A stretch of DNA of 30,105 nt from a virus (taxonomy: Duplodnaviria > Heunggongvirae > Uroviricota > Caudoviricetes): positions 64,001-94,105 of the IMG/VR virus record IMGVR_UViG_3300006151_000006, one strand, 5' to 3'. Made by a program: the position numbers and the translations under genes. The notes below the pieces were generated by a model, which saw nothing but the letters and a program-made list of their open reading frames with translations, had not been told where the DNA came from and searched no databases. Below, piece by piece: positions 1-9,525 of the stretch; positions within the stretch are counted from its first letter, which is position 1, and every line of letters begins with the position of its first letter.

Positions 1-120
1 CCTGCCGCTCAGAATATCTTGAAAAACGATAAGCTCAAGCTCAAATATTCCATTATTCCGATGGGTTACTCGAAAATTATCGAAGTGGAAGAAGGGTTTG
101 CGCTTTCTCAACAATCCTAA
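1..120 (+). CDS. Tail sheath protein, C-terminal fragment (truncated by window start)
   Basis: Frame 1 reads PAAQNILKNDKLKLKYSIIPMGYSKIIEVEEGFALSQQS* with stop at 118-120. It resembles the QNxL..l.i.iiP.G...I.v..gF C-terminus of Bacteroidetes phage sheaths and lies directly before the tube gene. Not in the ORF track. Confidence 0.7.
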   Translation, partial: PAAQNILKNDKLKLKYSIIPMGYSKIIEVEEGFALSQQS

Positions 121-123
121 TAA

Positions 124-579
124 ATGGCAACGATTGTAAATAATGTAGCCTATTCGTGGGCGATGATTGAGCTGACTGCTCCTGCACTTACTGGGTCTGC
201 CAATGCTAATTCTATCACACTTCAAGGTGTGACAGGTATTAAATGGAATCGTAAGTGGAATGTGCAGACCAACTATGGTCTTGGTGGTAAGCCTGTGAAC
301 CGAGGTTTTGGCAATTGGGAGTACACCGCTTCCATTACAATGGACTACAACACACAGGTACAAATTCGTAGCCTACGCGGCTCGCTTACCGCACTTGGGG
401 AATTTGATTTGGTAATCTCTTTTGCTAATGAGTTTGAAACTGAAGATTGGACTACCGAAACTGTAACTCTAAAAGGCTGTCTGTTTACAGAGGATGGTAT
501 GGAAGCCGCTCAGGATGATACAAACATTACAAAAGAATTCGATCTCAATCCATTTGATATTATAATTGATTCACAGTAA
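124..579 (+). CDS. Tail tube protein
   Basis: 151 aa with YSW..I, NYGLGGKPVNRGFGN, and C.F...QDDT..L.PF motifs typical of Bacteroidetes myovirus tubes; follows the sheath. Confidence 0.8.
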   Translation: MATIVNNVAYSWAMIELTAPALTGSANANSITLQGVTGIKWNRKWNVQTNYGLGGKPVNRGFGNWEYTASITMDYNTQVQIRSLRGSLTALGEFDLVISFANEFETEDWTTETVTLKGCLFTEDGMEAAQDDTNITKEFDLNPFDIIIDSQ

Positions 580-611
580 AGTTCCATAATTGTTAGAACA
601 TGTTGATGTTG

Positions 612-647
612 AAAGAGAGGAGATTATGAAAAATCTCCTCTCTTTTT
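612..647 (+). terminator. Rho-independent terminator after the tube gene
   Basis: 14-bp perfect stem aaagagaggagatt (612-625) / aatctcctctcttt (632-645), 6-nt loop, T-run at the 3' side. Confidence 0.8.
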
Positions 648-670
648 CAAACCCCTATTTCTACACTGCC

Positions 671-684
671 CTATTTATAATAAA
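671..684 (+). promoter_or_regulatory. Candidate phage late-promoter motif, copy 1 (ctatttataataaa)
   Basis: 11/14 match to the motif found identically at 1337 and 18125; lies between a terminator and the chaperone start. Confidence 0.4.
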
Positions 685-707
685 CATTAAATCAATTCGC
701 AACAATT

Positions 708-1103
708 ATGGACGAAATCGACAACATCGAGGAACTGGTAGAATTAACCCCTGAGCTCGAAAAAGAAATTGAAAAAAAGGTCGCTTCTCTTAAAGCAGAT
801 AATCCGACAGTTCGCGTGATTTTCCCGATTGTCATTGAAGGAAATCCGGACTACGATGAGAAGAAGCATTATGTTGCCTACTTCCGTCAGCCTGATTTTA
901 AAACATTCTCTAAATATCTTTCGGCAGCCAGTAGCAATAATGCTGTTGCAATGCGCACTCTTGCTAAAGATTGCTTCCTTGCCGGTGATGAAGAAATGAT
1001 TAAGGACGATTCCTTGTTCTTGTTTGGAACAATGGGTCAACTCGGTCGAATCATTGAAATGCGCAATGGCAGACTGGTAAATTTATCAAAGACTCGGAAG
1101 TAA
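708..1103 (+). CDS. Tail assembly chaperone (gpG-like)
   Basis: 131-aa acidic protein directly after the tube; its 3' end carries a slippery heptamer leading into a second frame. Confidence 0.75.
   Translation: MDEIDNIEELVELTPELEKEIEKKVASLKADNPTVRVIFPIVIEGNPDYDEKKHYVAYFRQPDFKTFSKYLSAASSNNAVAMRTLAKDCFLAGDEEMIKDDSLFLFGTMGQLGRIIEMRNGRLVNLSKTRK
1079..1085 (+). other. -1 programmed frameshift slippery site A AAT TTA
   Basis: In-frame codons gtA AAT TTA fit the X XXY YYZ pattern; the -1 frame is open from here to 1285. Confidence 0.75.
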
Positions 1104-1285
1104 AAGATAACCAGTATTTCAGGCAAAAAATTATCTTCATAAGACATTACTTTCCGGGTGTCGATATAGAAAGCCTGAGCGACGAGGACTTTGCCAGTCT
1201 CTCTAATGAAGCTGAATGGTTAGATGCTCATATGTTGAAGGTTAATCAGCTTAAAGCTCTCGGAGCTATGACACAATCCCCTTGA
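1079..1285 (+). CDS. Frameshift extension of the tail assembly chaperone (gpGT-like; fused product 708-1285, about 192 aa)
   Basis: The -1 frame reads IKDSEVKDNQYFRQKIIFIRHYFPGVDIESLSDEDFASLSNEAEWLDAHMLKVNQLKALGAMTQSP*. It has no upstream start codon of its own and was missed by the ORF track. Confidence 0.7.
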   Translation, partial: KFIKDSEVKDNQYFRQKIIFIRHYFPGVDIESLSDEDFASLSNEAEWLDAHMLKVNQLKALGAMTQSP

Positions 1286-1312
1286 CGATCATTAATTGTC
1301 AAGGGGATTTTT
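1275..1312 (+). terminator. Rho-independent terminator overlapping the GT stop codon
   Basis: 12-bp stem aatccccttgac (1275-1286) / gtcaaggggatt (1298-1309) followed by a T-run. Confidence 0.75.
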
Positions 1313-1336
1313 ATAATCTGAATTCTTATAGTGTAG

Positions 1337-1350
1337 CTATTCTTCATAAA
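1337..1350 (+). promoter_or_regulatory. Candidate phage late-promoter motif, copy 2 (ctattcttcataaa)
   Basis: Exact 14-bp match to 18125-18138; ends 11 nt before the ATG at 1362 and follows a terminator. Confidence 0.5.
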
Positions 1351-1361
1351 ACAATATTTCA

Positions 1362-2462
1362 ATGAGTGTTTGGTCTAATCTAAAATTTGCCACAGCAGGC
1401 TCTGCCCAATCTATTTTGGGTGGAGTTGGCTACAGATGGATAAACGGCAATCAACCGTTGGGTGATTTGAAGTTTAAGAGCAAGCCTGCCAGCAAGATCG
1501 TGACAGCTCGTGTTGCACAACAGATTGCTATGCAGATGGCTGAGGGCGAATTAAACAGGCTGTTTTCCCGGCTTCAAAATATGGCTGCTAAGAAAATCCG
1601 TGAGGATGCTCTTAAAGTTAGTGATAAAAGTGCCTTTGCAAAACTTATTAAAGGTGGTGAGATTGCGGAATTTGATTATGGTACTATTCAGACAGCAGAA
1701 GGTGATAACGTAACTGCGCGTGATTACCTAAGCCGAAAAGTACCCGAAGCTCTAATTATGTCTTACACTGGCGATTCATCTGTCACTTATAGTTTTCCGA
1801 AGTCTATTAAATCAGAAAGCTATAAAGTGAAGAAGCAGAGCCTTATTCAAAGTTTGATTGAAACAAATCGGTCAATTGAACACAATATCGAATATGAAGA
1901 TGCCACAGAGGTGACAAGTAAAGATGTGATACATATTGATTTGTCTCCACAAGTAACATTTGCCACGAGCAAGAACCTTGTGATGACTCCAGTGCAGGGT
2001 CGTGATTCTTCACGCAAAGAGTTGATTTCTAATGGTGATTTGACCTTTACAATCAATGGTAGCGTAGCCACAGATTTGCCCGGTGTTTATCCAGCGGCGG
2101 CTGTGCAACGACTTATTAAGATGTCTCAGTATAAGGGCATTGTTCAAGTGCATCATTTTATATTCGATCAATTTAAGGTCAAGCAAGTAATCATCAAAGA
2201 TTTCTCTCTACAGCAGCAAGAATATAAGAACATCCAGCCTTACTCTATGACATGTATTGCCATTGAGGCAGATGAAATCACTTTGATCAATGACACAATC
2301 GGTCGTATTAATGAGGTATTTGAAGCGAGCCCTGCTAATTTTTGGTATAATTTGATACTTAACAACAAACTTGCAGAAATAGCAGCCGGAGCAGCGGTTG
2401 GAGCGGCCAATTCCGCACTCAGCAAGGGTTTGGACATCGAGGGTATGGTTACTAACGTATAA
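1362..2462 (+). CDS. Baseplate/tail-tube initiator-like protein (DUF6046-like C-terminal domain)
   Basis: The C-terminal half SKNLVMTPVQGRDSSRKELISNGDLTFTING...YP...QPY resembles the DUF6046 pattern of Bacteroidetes phages; position is just before the hub gene. Confidence 0.6.
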   Translation: MSVWSNLKFATAGSAQSILGGVGYRWINGNQPLGDLKFKSKPASKIVTARVAQQIAMQMAEGELNRLFSRLQNMAAKKIREDALKVSDKSAFAKLIKGGEIAEFDYGTIQTAEGDNVTARDYLSRKVPEALIMSYTGDSSVTYSFPKSIKSESYKVKKQSLIQSLIETNRSIEHNIEYEDATEVTSKDVIHIDLSPQVTFATSKNLVMTPVQGRDSSRKELISNGDLTFTINGSVATDLPGVYPAAAVQRLIKMSQYKGIVQVHHFIFDQFKVKQVIIKDFSLQQQEYKNIQPYSMTCIAIEADEITLINDTIGRINEVFEASPANFWYNLILNNKLAEIAAGAAVGAANSALSKGLDIEGMVTNV

Positions 2463-2466
2463 GGTA

Positions 2467-3957
2467 ATGGTTCCAGTTGATGATAGAAGCGACTATCGTA
2501 TTTTAATATGCTTGATAGAAATATGGCCTTTCAAAGAAGGCGATAATCCGATGAAAGAGCCGGATTCCCCGACGCTGTTTGCTGAAGTTGAGCATATTGA
2601 AATCGAAGAAACATATAGAAAACTGATTTGTGGTGCCTCTGTGAAATTTCCCAGAGGTACAATCTTGCATCGTACACTCACACCTCAGAATGGTTACATT
2701 TACGACAAGAATACGACTGCGGTTTTAAATAAAGATGGTGTCATTACAGAAACCAAAAACGTCACACCTAAAATAAAGAATGAAGCCGGAGAATGGGTCG
2801 AAATCGAAGGTGCAAAACTTGCTGAGATTGATGATTTCAAAATTGGAGATAGAATCCGAATATCTCTTGGTTACACAAAAAAGCCGGAAATAGCAGCTTT
2901 GACTGCTTATAATCCTGATGGCAAGTCAATCTATACAGATAAAGGTCTGCTCAGTGATTATAAAAAAGAACTCAAAGTCATGTTCAACGGCTACATTACC
3001 AAAGTGAGTCTTGATACACCCATCGAGCTTGAGTGTGAGAATCTTGCCAGTGCATTGAAAATGGTGACTTGCCCTAAACGAAAAGGTAAGTCAACAGATA
3101 CCGTTGCCACATTTTTGGATGAAGGATCGGGGTGTTTGAATTTGCTGGAAGGGTCTGGCATCAAGCTATATCCAAAGACGAAAGCGTCAAATATTAATCT
3201 TGGTAAGATTGACTTGACAGATGATTTGGTATTGGCTGACTTATTTGATATTTGGGCAAAGCGCAAAGTGTATTCATTTATTCGTTTTGAGGGTGATACA
3301 CCATATATAGCGGTTGGACGTTCATATTTTTCAAACACTGAAAATGATTCTATCTTGAAATTGGGAGAGTCAAATTCAGAAGTGCCAGTCATTTATTTTG
3401 ATTGGAATGTGGCTAAAAATGGGCTTTCGTTGATGAGCACGGATAAGAAGTTTGTTGCTGTTGAAGCACAGTGTTTGGAGCAAGCTGAGGGCCGTGATAA
3501 ATTTTATAAAATCACTGTCATTCGTAACCCTCAGTATGACCCGAATGACCCAAATTCCAAAGAGTTCCGAACACTAAATGAAATCAAGATTTCAAAGAAG
3601 GGCTTGAAACTTGGTAAAAGGGTTCAAACCGATAGTAAAGATACCGTGAACCTGAAAAAGTACACGGTCATTCCATATATGTCTAAAAAGATTGATTGTC
3701 CTCACGATGAGTTGGTGGCTGAAGCCATTAAATATCTTGAAACCTATAATCCAAATGGCATCGAAGGAACACTGACTTTGTTTGGTGACTTGTGCTTGAC
3801 CGCCGGAATAAAAGTTCGTCTGATTGATGATATACATAGTGGTAAGAACGGCTATTATTTTGTAGATGAAGTGAAAACTGACTTTGGAGTCGATGGCTTC
3901 CGTCAGACTATCAAATTACCATACTGCATACAACGCGACAATGAGCAATCGGAATAA
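2467..3957 (+). CDS. Baseplate hub / late-control-D-like protein
   Basis: C-terminus GIEGTLTLFGD...KVRLIDD...GYYFVDEVKTDFGVDGFRQTIKL is typical of hub proteins. The ATG at 2467, just after the upstream stop, is preferred over the track start at 2398. Confidence 0.7.
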   Translation: MVPVDDRSDYRILICLIEIWPFKEGDNPMKEPDSPTLFAEVEHIEIEETYRKLICGASVKFPRGTILHRTLTPQNGYIYDKNTTAVLNKDGVITETKNVTPKIKNEAGEWVEIEGAKLAEIDDFKIGDRIRISLGYTKKPEIAALTAYNPDGKSIYTDKGLLSDYKKELKVMFNGYITKVSLDTPIELECENLASALKMVTCPKRKGKSTDTVATFLDEGSGCLNLLEGSGIKLYPKTKASNINLGKIDLTDDLVLADLFDIWAKRKVYSFIRFEGDTPYIAVGRSYFSNTENDSILKLGESNSEVPVIYFDWNVAKNGLSLMSTDKKFVAVEAQCLEQAEGRDKFYKITVIRNPQYDPNDPNSKEFRTLNEIKISKKGLKLGKRVQTDSKDTVNLKKYTVIPYMSKKIDCPHDELVAEAIKYLETYNPNGIEGTLTLFGDLCLTAGIKVRLIDDIHSGKNGYYFVDEVKTDFGVDGFRQTIKLPYCIQRDNEQSE

Positions 3958-4909
3958 TGACCTCATTAAGAAGGCGATTCAACGAATTGCCCTTCAAGGA
4001 CATATTAATCACGAGACCGGAGTCTGGAGAGATTCGGCAAGGAAGACCGGCTACGTTGCTCTTATCCACGATGATGAGAGCGATGAGTTGTTTGGAACTG
4101 TCGATGTTCAAGAGTTTGACACACAGGGTTTCTTACAAGAAGAAAATGGTGTGAAGTATGGCTATCATGAAGGTGTATTCCTCAGTTCTATCCAAAAGAA
4201 CAAAGAGGGGTACTTAATTGTGCCCAAGCTATATTCCGAAGTAACTATTGCACTTGACCCTGAATCGCAAACTGAATATGTGGTGATGTTTTCTCATGTT
4301 GATTTGATACAATTAGATTCCCATGAAAAAGTTACCATTGGTGTTCGTGAGCGTGAAGAATTTGACGATGATGAAGACGGCGATGACATCAACGATTTGA
4401 AGATGACCGGTATTGATGCTCTGACCGAAATCACCAAGGATTTAGTCAAGACAACGGTTCATACTGAAAAAGATAATGCTGAGGCCACAGTCACACAAGT
4501 TATTGGCAATGATCCCAATGACGGGCTCGAAATTAAACACGATGTTGGTGGTAAGTCAACTCAGACAATTACTACTGATGAAATTGTATTGGAGCACGAC
4601 AAATCCAGCCTTATTCTTGATGACTCGCAGGCAAAAATGGAAATGGGCAAGTCTTCAGTGACGGTAGAAGATGGAGTGACTTACGTTGGTAGCAAAAGTG
4701 GTGTCGATGATGCTGTTCTGGGACAGCAATTAGCTACAATATTGTCTGATTTAGTTGGCTATCTCGGACAGATGATGACACCGACTATGATGGGCCCACA
4801 GCCACCAGCAAATGTGTTGGGTAGCTTCATTGCATTGAAGGCCAAGATACAGGCGTTTGCATCCAGCCATACTGGTTTCTTAACACAAAAAGTACAAATT
4901 CAGAAATAA
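3941..4909 (+). CDS. Baseplate spike / gpV-like protein
   Basis: Follows the hub. Has an OB-fold-like N-terminal half, beta-strand-rich repeats, and a C-terminus DAVLGQQLATIL...GP..P...F like Bacteroidetes phage spikes. ATG at 3941 preferred. Confidence 0.6.
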   Translation: MSNRNNDLIKKAIQRIALQGHINHETGVWRDSARKTGYVALIHDDESDELFGTVDVQEFDTQGFLQEENGVKYGYHEGVFLSSIQKNKEGYLIVPKLYSEVTIALDPESQTEYVVMFSHVDLIQLDSHEKVTIGVREREEFDDDEDGDDINDLKMTGIDALTEITKDLVKTTVHTEKDNAEATVTQVIGNDPNDGLEIKHDVGGKSTQTITTDEIVLEHDKSSLILDDSQAKMEMGKSSVTVEDGVTYVGSKSGVDDAVLGQQLATILSDLVGYLGQMMTPTMMGPQPPANVLGSFIALKAKIQAFASSHTGFLTQKVQIQK

Positions 4910-6759
4910 TGGCCGAGATAAAATTACATCCAGATATTGCTACATCTGATAAGGTCGCACAACTGGAGGCAAATGAGCCATCACGATATACTATCTTTCA
5001 GAGCCTGATTCAAGGTATGAAAGATGCCAATGCCGGTACGCCGCCTGACTATAATCAGGCCCCATATTCTGTGCCTACTGGAGAGACTTGGACAGATCCG
5101 GATGGCAATGTGATCCCAGTAATGCAGCCAGTACAATCTGTGATTGAAGCGAAAATGAATGAAATCACAGACATTCAGATGCAAAATGCGGCATATTTAT
5201 TTGCTCGTGTGATTGATACCGCATCTGTTACTGCTGCTACCGGTATTGATTTGACGAAATTGGTACAAAAAGCGGGCGACAACATGCTTGGTCTGCTTGG
5301 AGCATTGGAAGGCTTTGAAGCCGGTTATAACTCTCAGAAAATTTTTGATGTCATAGTTAATGCAGCGAAGGAAAATGTAGCACATGTCTATGGCAGGCTG
5401 ATTGTCGATAATGATGCGACTATTGATGGCCAGCTAAATTTGTCTGATACTGGAATATTTTTCTCCAAGCATCAGTGCATTTTCTATCAAGACAACAAGT
5501 TGCAGCTGGACTCTCAGGATATTAAAATTACCGGAGCGATTGAGGTTGACGGAACATTCAAACTTGGCGATGTTGTCATCAATAATCAAGGCATATTTTG
5601 GGGCACTAAAGAGTTCTATCATTCCGGAAATTGCAACAACAAGGACACGGACTGGTCGATGAAAGACGGCCATGTATATGGCGATTTGACCGTTGATGGT
5701 GGCGTTAGTCTTGATGGACGATTGAAGGCTTTGAAAGGTTTTGATTTAGGCGAGAATGGGGATGCAATCTTTTATTCGAGCTATGATGACGCCACTCAGT
5801 CTTCAAAAATAACAATGAAGACTGACTTGAATATCATTGATGGCTATGGCATCAAGTTTGATGATGAGTATATTGTACGAGTTCGTGGTGGGGCTGACAA
5901 TATTGTTTCATTTTCTGCGCCGGGTAAAATTTTGAACTTGGGTGACGTTGGCGGTACAATTGATAATCCATTGCCAACCCAATTCATATCATTGCAGGCC
6001 AACATCAAAAACGATAAAAACACTTATGTGATGGTGTCCAGCAATGGTGATGGCGATTTCAGAAACTCATTTCAAGCAGGCTGTGCTAACGGTGGCCCGA
6101 TTGTGATTAGGACATATTATGTATCTGCTGATAATTGTGGCGTGGTATTTCCTAAAAATATTGCGTTGGGCGATGAATATGGACCTTATATCTACACTGA
6201 TGGAACGCATGAACAATTAAAGTTCTCTATTCCGCACACTCATTCTGATAGTTCCGGTCAAACAACTGATCGGTTGTCAGTAAAAATGTATTTTGATGCA
6301 AGTAATTATCCTTGGCGAAACATGTCGTTATCAACGGATGTGAGCTTGTTTTATAATACGGATGCAGAATTTTTTGTCTTTCAGAAGCCTATTTTAAGCA
6401 AAAGTTTTTCGGTATTAAGCGAAAAATACCAAACAAGGCTTCAAGAAAACGCTCTATTCTTAAATACAGGGATATTCATTGAAGGCGTTGCTGATGGCAT
6501 GGCTTTCACAGGGAATGCCTATTTCAATAATAATGTTCAATCCCAGCGGTTTGCCAGTGGTTTTGCCGGTTATGGCTGGGGTATTATCAAAAGTGATTTC
6601 GTAGGAGGCTATCATGCCACCTTCGACGAGCTGACGGTTCGTAAGAGAATGCGAATCTATGAACTTGAAGTTCAGAAATCAGGCGCGACCAATGGTTCGT
6701 TGTGGGTTTCTGATTCATGTTCCGGCGATCTGGTTGAGGAAATCAGTGATGCTATTTAA
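4909..6759 (+). CDS. Tail structural protein (tail tip/fibre-associated)
   Basis: 616 aa, beta-rich, ending FASGFAGYGW...DELTVRKRMRIYELEVQK, a recurrent Bacteroidetes phage tail motif; TAATG coupling at both ends. Confidence 0.6.
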   Translation: MAEIKLHPDIATSDKVAQLEANEPSRYTIFQSLIQGMKDANAGTPPDYNQAPYSVPTGETWTDPDGNVIPVMQPVQSVIEAKMNEITDIQMQNAAYLFARVIDTASVTAATGIDLTKLVQKAGDNMLGLLGALEGFEAGYNSQKIFDVIVNAAKENVAHVYGRLIVDNDATIDGQLNLSDTGIFFSKHQCIFYQDNKLQLDSQDIKITGAIEVDGTFKLGDVVINNQGIFWGTKEFYHSGNCNNKDTDWSMKDGHVYGDLTVDGGVSLDGRLKALKGFDLGENGDAIFYSSYDDATQSSKITMKTDLNIIDGYGIKFDDEYIVRVRGGADNIVSFSAPGKILNLGDVGGTIDNPLPTQFISLQANIKNDKNTYVMVSSNGDGDFRNSFQAGCANGGPIVIRTYYVSADNCGVVFPKNIALGDEYGPYIYTDGTHEQLKFSIPHTHSDSSGQTTDRLSVKMYFDASNYPWRNMSLSTDVSLFYNTDAEFFVFQKPILSKSFSVLSEKYQTRLQENALFLNTGIFIEGVADGMAFTGNAYFNNNVQSQRFASGFAGYGWGIIKSDFVGGYHATFDELTVRKRMRIYELEVQKSGATNGSLWVSDSCSGDLVEEISDAI

Positions 6760-9311
6760 TGTCTATACCTAAGACACGAAAATTTAAAATATCGTTAAAA
6801 CCTGAATCAGCAAAAGGACAGCCTGATGGTAAGGGTGGAAAGACACAAGGGTTGAAAACTGGTGACATTGTTCGTCGTCAATATTTTGACGGCAAGAATG
6901 TCATCTACTCGCTGATGTGTGTATTGGAATATGGGGTCGATAATGTTGATGTTGAGGAAGCGGTCGTAGATGCTGATGGCAACTATGAGCTGATTTCCAA
7001 TGACCCTATTGAATATAAGACTCAAACGGTTACTAAGCAGCAACCGTGGTTTATAGGTATGCTGCTGGAGGGCGATGCTCCAATGCCCGGCGAAGTATTG
7101 GATTTTGTCAGAATCACCAACTTGTTTGACCAATCACGTTCAGGGGCGTTGTATCTTACTGCTTCTGATGATGAGAGTCCATATATGGATGTCATTGACG
7201 GAATTGGTCGAAATTGCAGCTTGACTTGGCCGGAGAATATTAACAATGGGGCGTTTGATGATCCACAGAGTCAATATATTGTCAAGGCTAATCAGTGCGA
7301 GGTAGAATATATTGCTAATGAAAATGATCGAAGTCGTATATGCCGCATCAAGAAATTAATTGGTGGTAGTGCTTCCATTCAGCAGATTTTCAGTCAATAT
7401 GTGCAGAACCCGAATCAGGTATTGGTCTCTTTTTGGGCTAAAGCATCGACTGCAAGGACTATTAAGCTAAATCTTGCTTATGTAGATGAATCACGCACTG
7501 ATGGTACTGTTGATGTTAAGCTGACTGAAAATTGGGCTTACTATTTATTCCCAATCACAGTTGACCTTTCTGGTAGGCATCGTAGAGCAATCAATTTTAA
7601 TTTGACCGAAATTCAGTCAGATGAAGAATTTTATGTGGCTGACTTCAACGCCATTTTGCTATCCAGTGTCGCTAACTATGGAGAGGCGAGCCAGATTCGA
7701 GTTGGAAAACTCAATGGCATTTCAGATCCTGTTTTTGGCAAGCTCGATAGTTATGGCGGTTACTTTCAGAAACTTTTTGCAAGTACGTCTGCTCATATTT
7801 CCGGTACATTGACTGCTGGTGATGAAAATGGGTTTGCTGCGACTTTCTATGCAGGCAAAATACATAAGAACGCATTTATCAACTCTATTGCGCCGGATGC
7901 TGATGTATTGCCTTTAGCTGATGGCGATATTTTGACGTTGCACGGAACGGTTAATCCTACTGGCATTGGTCAAGTATTTGCTATCACACAGTCAATTTCA
8001 TTGACAGCACAACTTTACAACTGGTTGTATCAGCCTGATGTAGTAAGGGTTGGTGCGGACTACACATTCTCGTTCTGGACTTACAGCAAATGTGGTGGGC
8101 AATTAACCATACTTCAAAATGCTAAGGTCGTCGGTACGGTACAAATACCACATTCAGAGATACTTGGGTGGCATCGTCAAAAGGTTACATTTAAGTTGCA
8201 AGATACTGACAATGAGGATGTAATCCTTTCAGTATCGGTCGCATTTACTCCTTTAACTGGAGACGGTGCGGATTCTGCCGAGAAACGTGTCCTATTGTTT
8301 ACGGCTCCACAATTGGAGTCGGGGCGCAATGCAACCCAGTATCAGCCAACTGATGAAATTGTTACGCACATGTGCGAAGATTATGGTGCATGGTTCAATC
8401 GCGGTGGTATTGGCGGTACTATCCAAAACCCTCTTTTGAAACTTAATGCAGATGGCGAAGGTGCGATTGAAGCTCGTAGTCATTCATTCAGAATCAATCA
8501 GGATGGTTCCGGTTATCTTGCCAATCATGGTATTGAGTGGGATGAATTTGGAAATGTGTTGTTTGGCCCGAATGTGCATTTGAATTGGGGTAACTTAGGC
8601 GAAGACACAAAGCATAATCTTGAAAATAAGACCATGCGCATTACAGGCGGTGACACTTTTGCTGTAATGGGTAGCACTGATGCGGGCGTGTTGTATTCAC
8701 CAGACTTCGTAAAGCTAACCATTGAGGAGACTGGTATGAATCAGGTTGCTGCTGGCCGTAAGTGGTTTTATTATTCTGATGGACAGGAAATTGAAATTAC
8801 TTCAGGTCTTAATGACATCCACACAGTTCTCACCATATATCCAGATGATCCGTATTGGGGCGACAAGGAAAGCCAACTGATCATTAAAGTCGTAGATACA
8901 TATCAGGATAAGGAATATACAGACACTATAACCATCCGCAAATACTTGATGGATGGTTATACCGTGGAAGTTACTTCTTCCAAAGGCAATTCATTCAGAA
9001 ATGGCAATGTTGACACGATATTGACGGCTCAGGTCTATTACCAAGGGGAGCCTCTGTCTGATGAGTTTGTTAATGAGCATTTCATTTACCAATGGCATAA
9101 ATACCAGCTTCCAGATTTGGAGCACGAAGTGGAAAACTGGTGGATAACTGAGGAGGTGTCTGACACCGGTCATGCCAATAATGTCATTGTTGATAGAAAC
9201 TCAAAGATACTGACAGTTTCAGGACAAATTTCTGGTGCCGAAGCATACATCTGTGAAATTTTAACGAAAAACGGAAACTGTTTCCCTTACGATTTCCCTA
9301 TTATTTTTTAA
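6759..9311 (+). CDS. Tail tip/fibre protein with carbohydrate-binding-like and Ig-like domains
   Basis: 850 aa. Two galactose-binding/CBM-like segments (VSFWAKA, FSFW...PQLESGRNATQYQP) and a C-terminal GYTVEVTSSKGNSFRNG..TILTAQVY Ig-like module. Confidence 0.6.
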   Translation: MSIPKTRKFKISLKPESAKGQPDGKGGKTQGLKTGDIVRRQYFDGKNVIYSLMCVLEYGVDNVDVEEAVVDADGNYELISNDPIEYKTQTVTKQQPWFIGMLLEGDAPMPGEVLDFVRITNLFDQSRSGALYLTASDDESPYMDVIDGIGRNCSLTWPENINNGAFDDPQSQYIVKANQCEVEYIANENDRSRICRIKKLIGGSASIQQIFSQYVQNPNQVLVSFWAKASTARTIKLNLAYVDESRTDGTVDVKLTENWAYYLFPITVDLSGRHRRAINFNLTEIQSDEEFYVADFNAILLSSVANYGEASQIRVGKLNGISDPVFGKLDSYGGYFQKLFASTSAHISGTLTAGDENGFAATFYAGKIHKNAFINSIAPDADVLPLADGDILTLHGTVNPTGIGQVFAITQSISLTAQLYNWLYQPDVVRVGADYTFSFWTYSKCGGQLTILQNAKVVGTVQIPHSEILGWHRQKVTFKLQDTDNEDVILSVSVAFTPLTGDGADSAEKRVLLFTAPQLESGRNATQYQPTDEIVTHMCEDYGAWFNRGGIGGTIQNPLLKLNADGEGAIEARSHSFRINQDGSGYLANHGIEWDEFGNVLFGPNVHLNWGNLGEDTKHNLENKTMRITGGDTFAVMGSTDAGVLYSPDFVKLTIEETGMNQVAAGRKWFYYSDGQEIEITSGLNDIHTVLTIYPDDPYWGDKESQLIIKVVDTYQDKEYTDTITIRKYLMDGYTVEVTSSKGNSFRNGNVDTILTAQVYYQGEPLSDEFVNEHFIYQWHKYQLPDLEHEVENWWITEEVSDTGHANNVIVDRNSKILTVSGQISGAEAYICEILTKNGNCFPYDFPIIF

Positions 9312-9324
9312 AAGCGTATGAGCA

Positions 9325-9525
9325 ATGGCATTACCAATAGAACCAAAAGTAGAGAATCAGGGCCTTACCAAACATGGCAGATTAAGTGCCGCTGAGTTTA
9401 ATGCCCTGCTTGAACAAGTAAATAAAAATACTCCACAACTTGTGGCAAGTGAAGAGGCTCTTGAACAGATGATTGCTGACGGGAGCATAGTTGAAGGCCA
9501 AATCTACTATATCCCTGAAGAATAA
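9325..9525 (+). CDS. Small hypothetical tail-module protein
   Basis: 66 aa with an LSAAEFNALL motif seen in phage fibre-associated small proteins; coupled to the next gene. Confidence 0.55.
   Translation: MALPIEPKVENQGLTKHGRLSAAEFNALLEQVNKNTPQLVASEEALEQMIADGSIVEGQIYYIPEE

Noticed and set aside
2398-2466. Track start sites at 2398, 3884, 15827, 25673 and 26262
   Set aside because: They create long overlaps or unnatural N-termini; downstream ATGs at 2467, 3941, 15863, 25727 and 26313 fit the gene spacing better.
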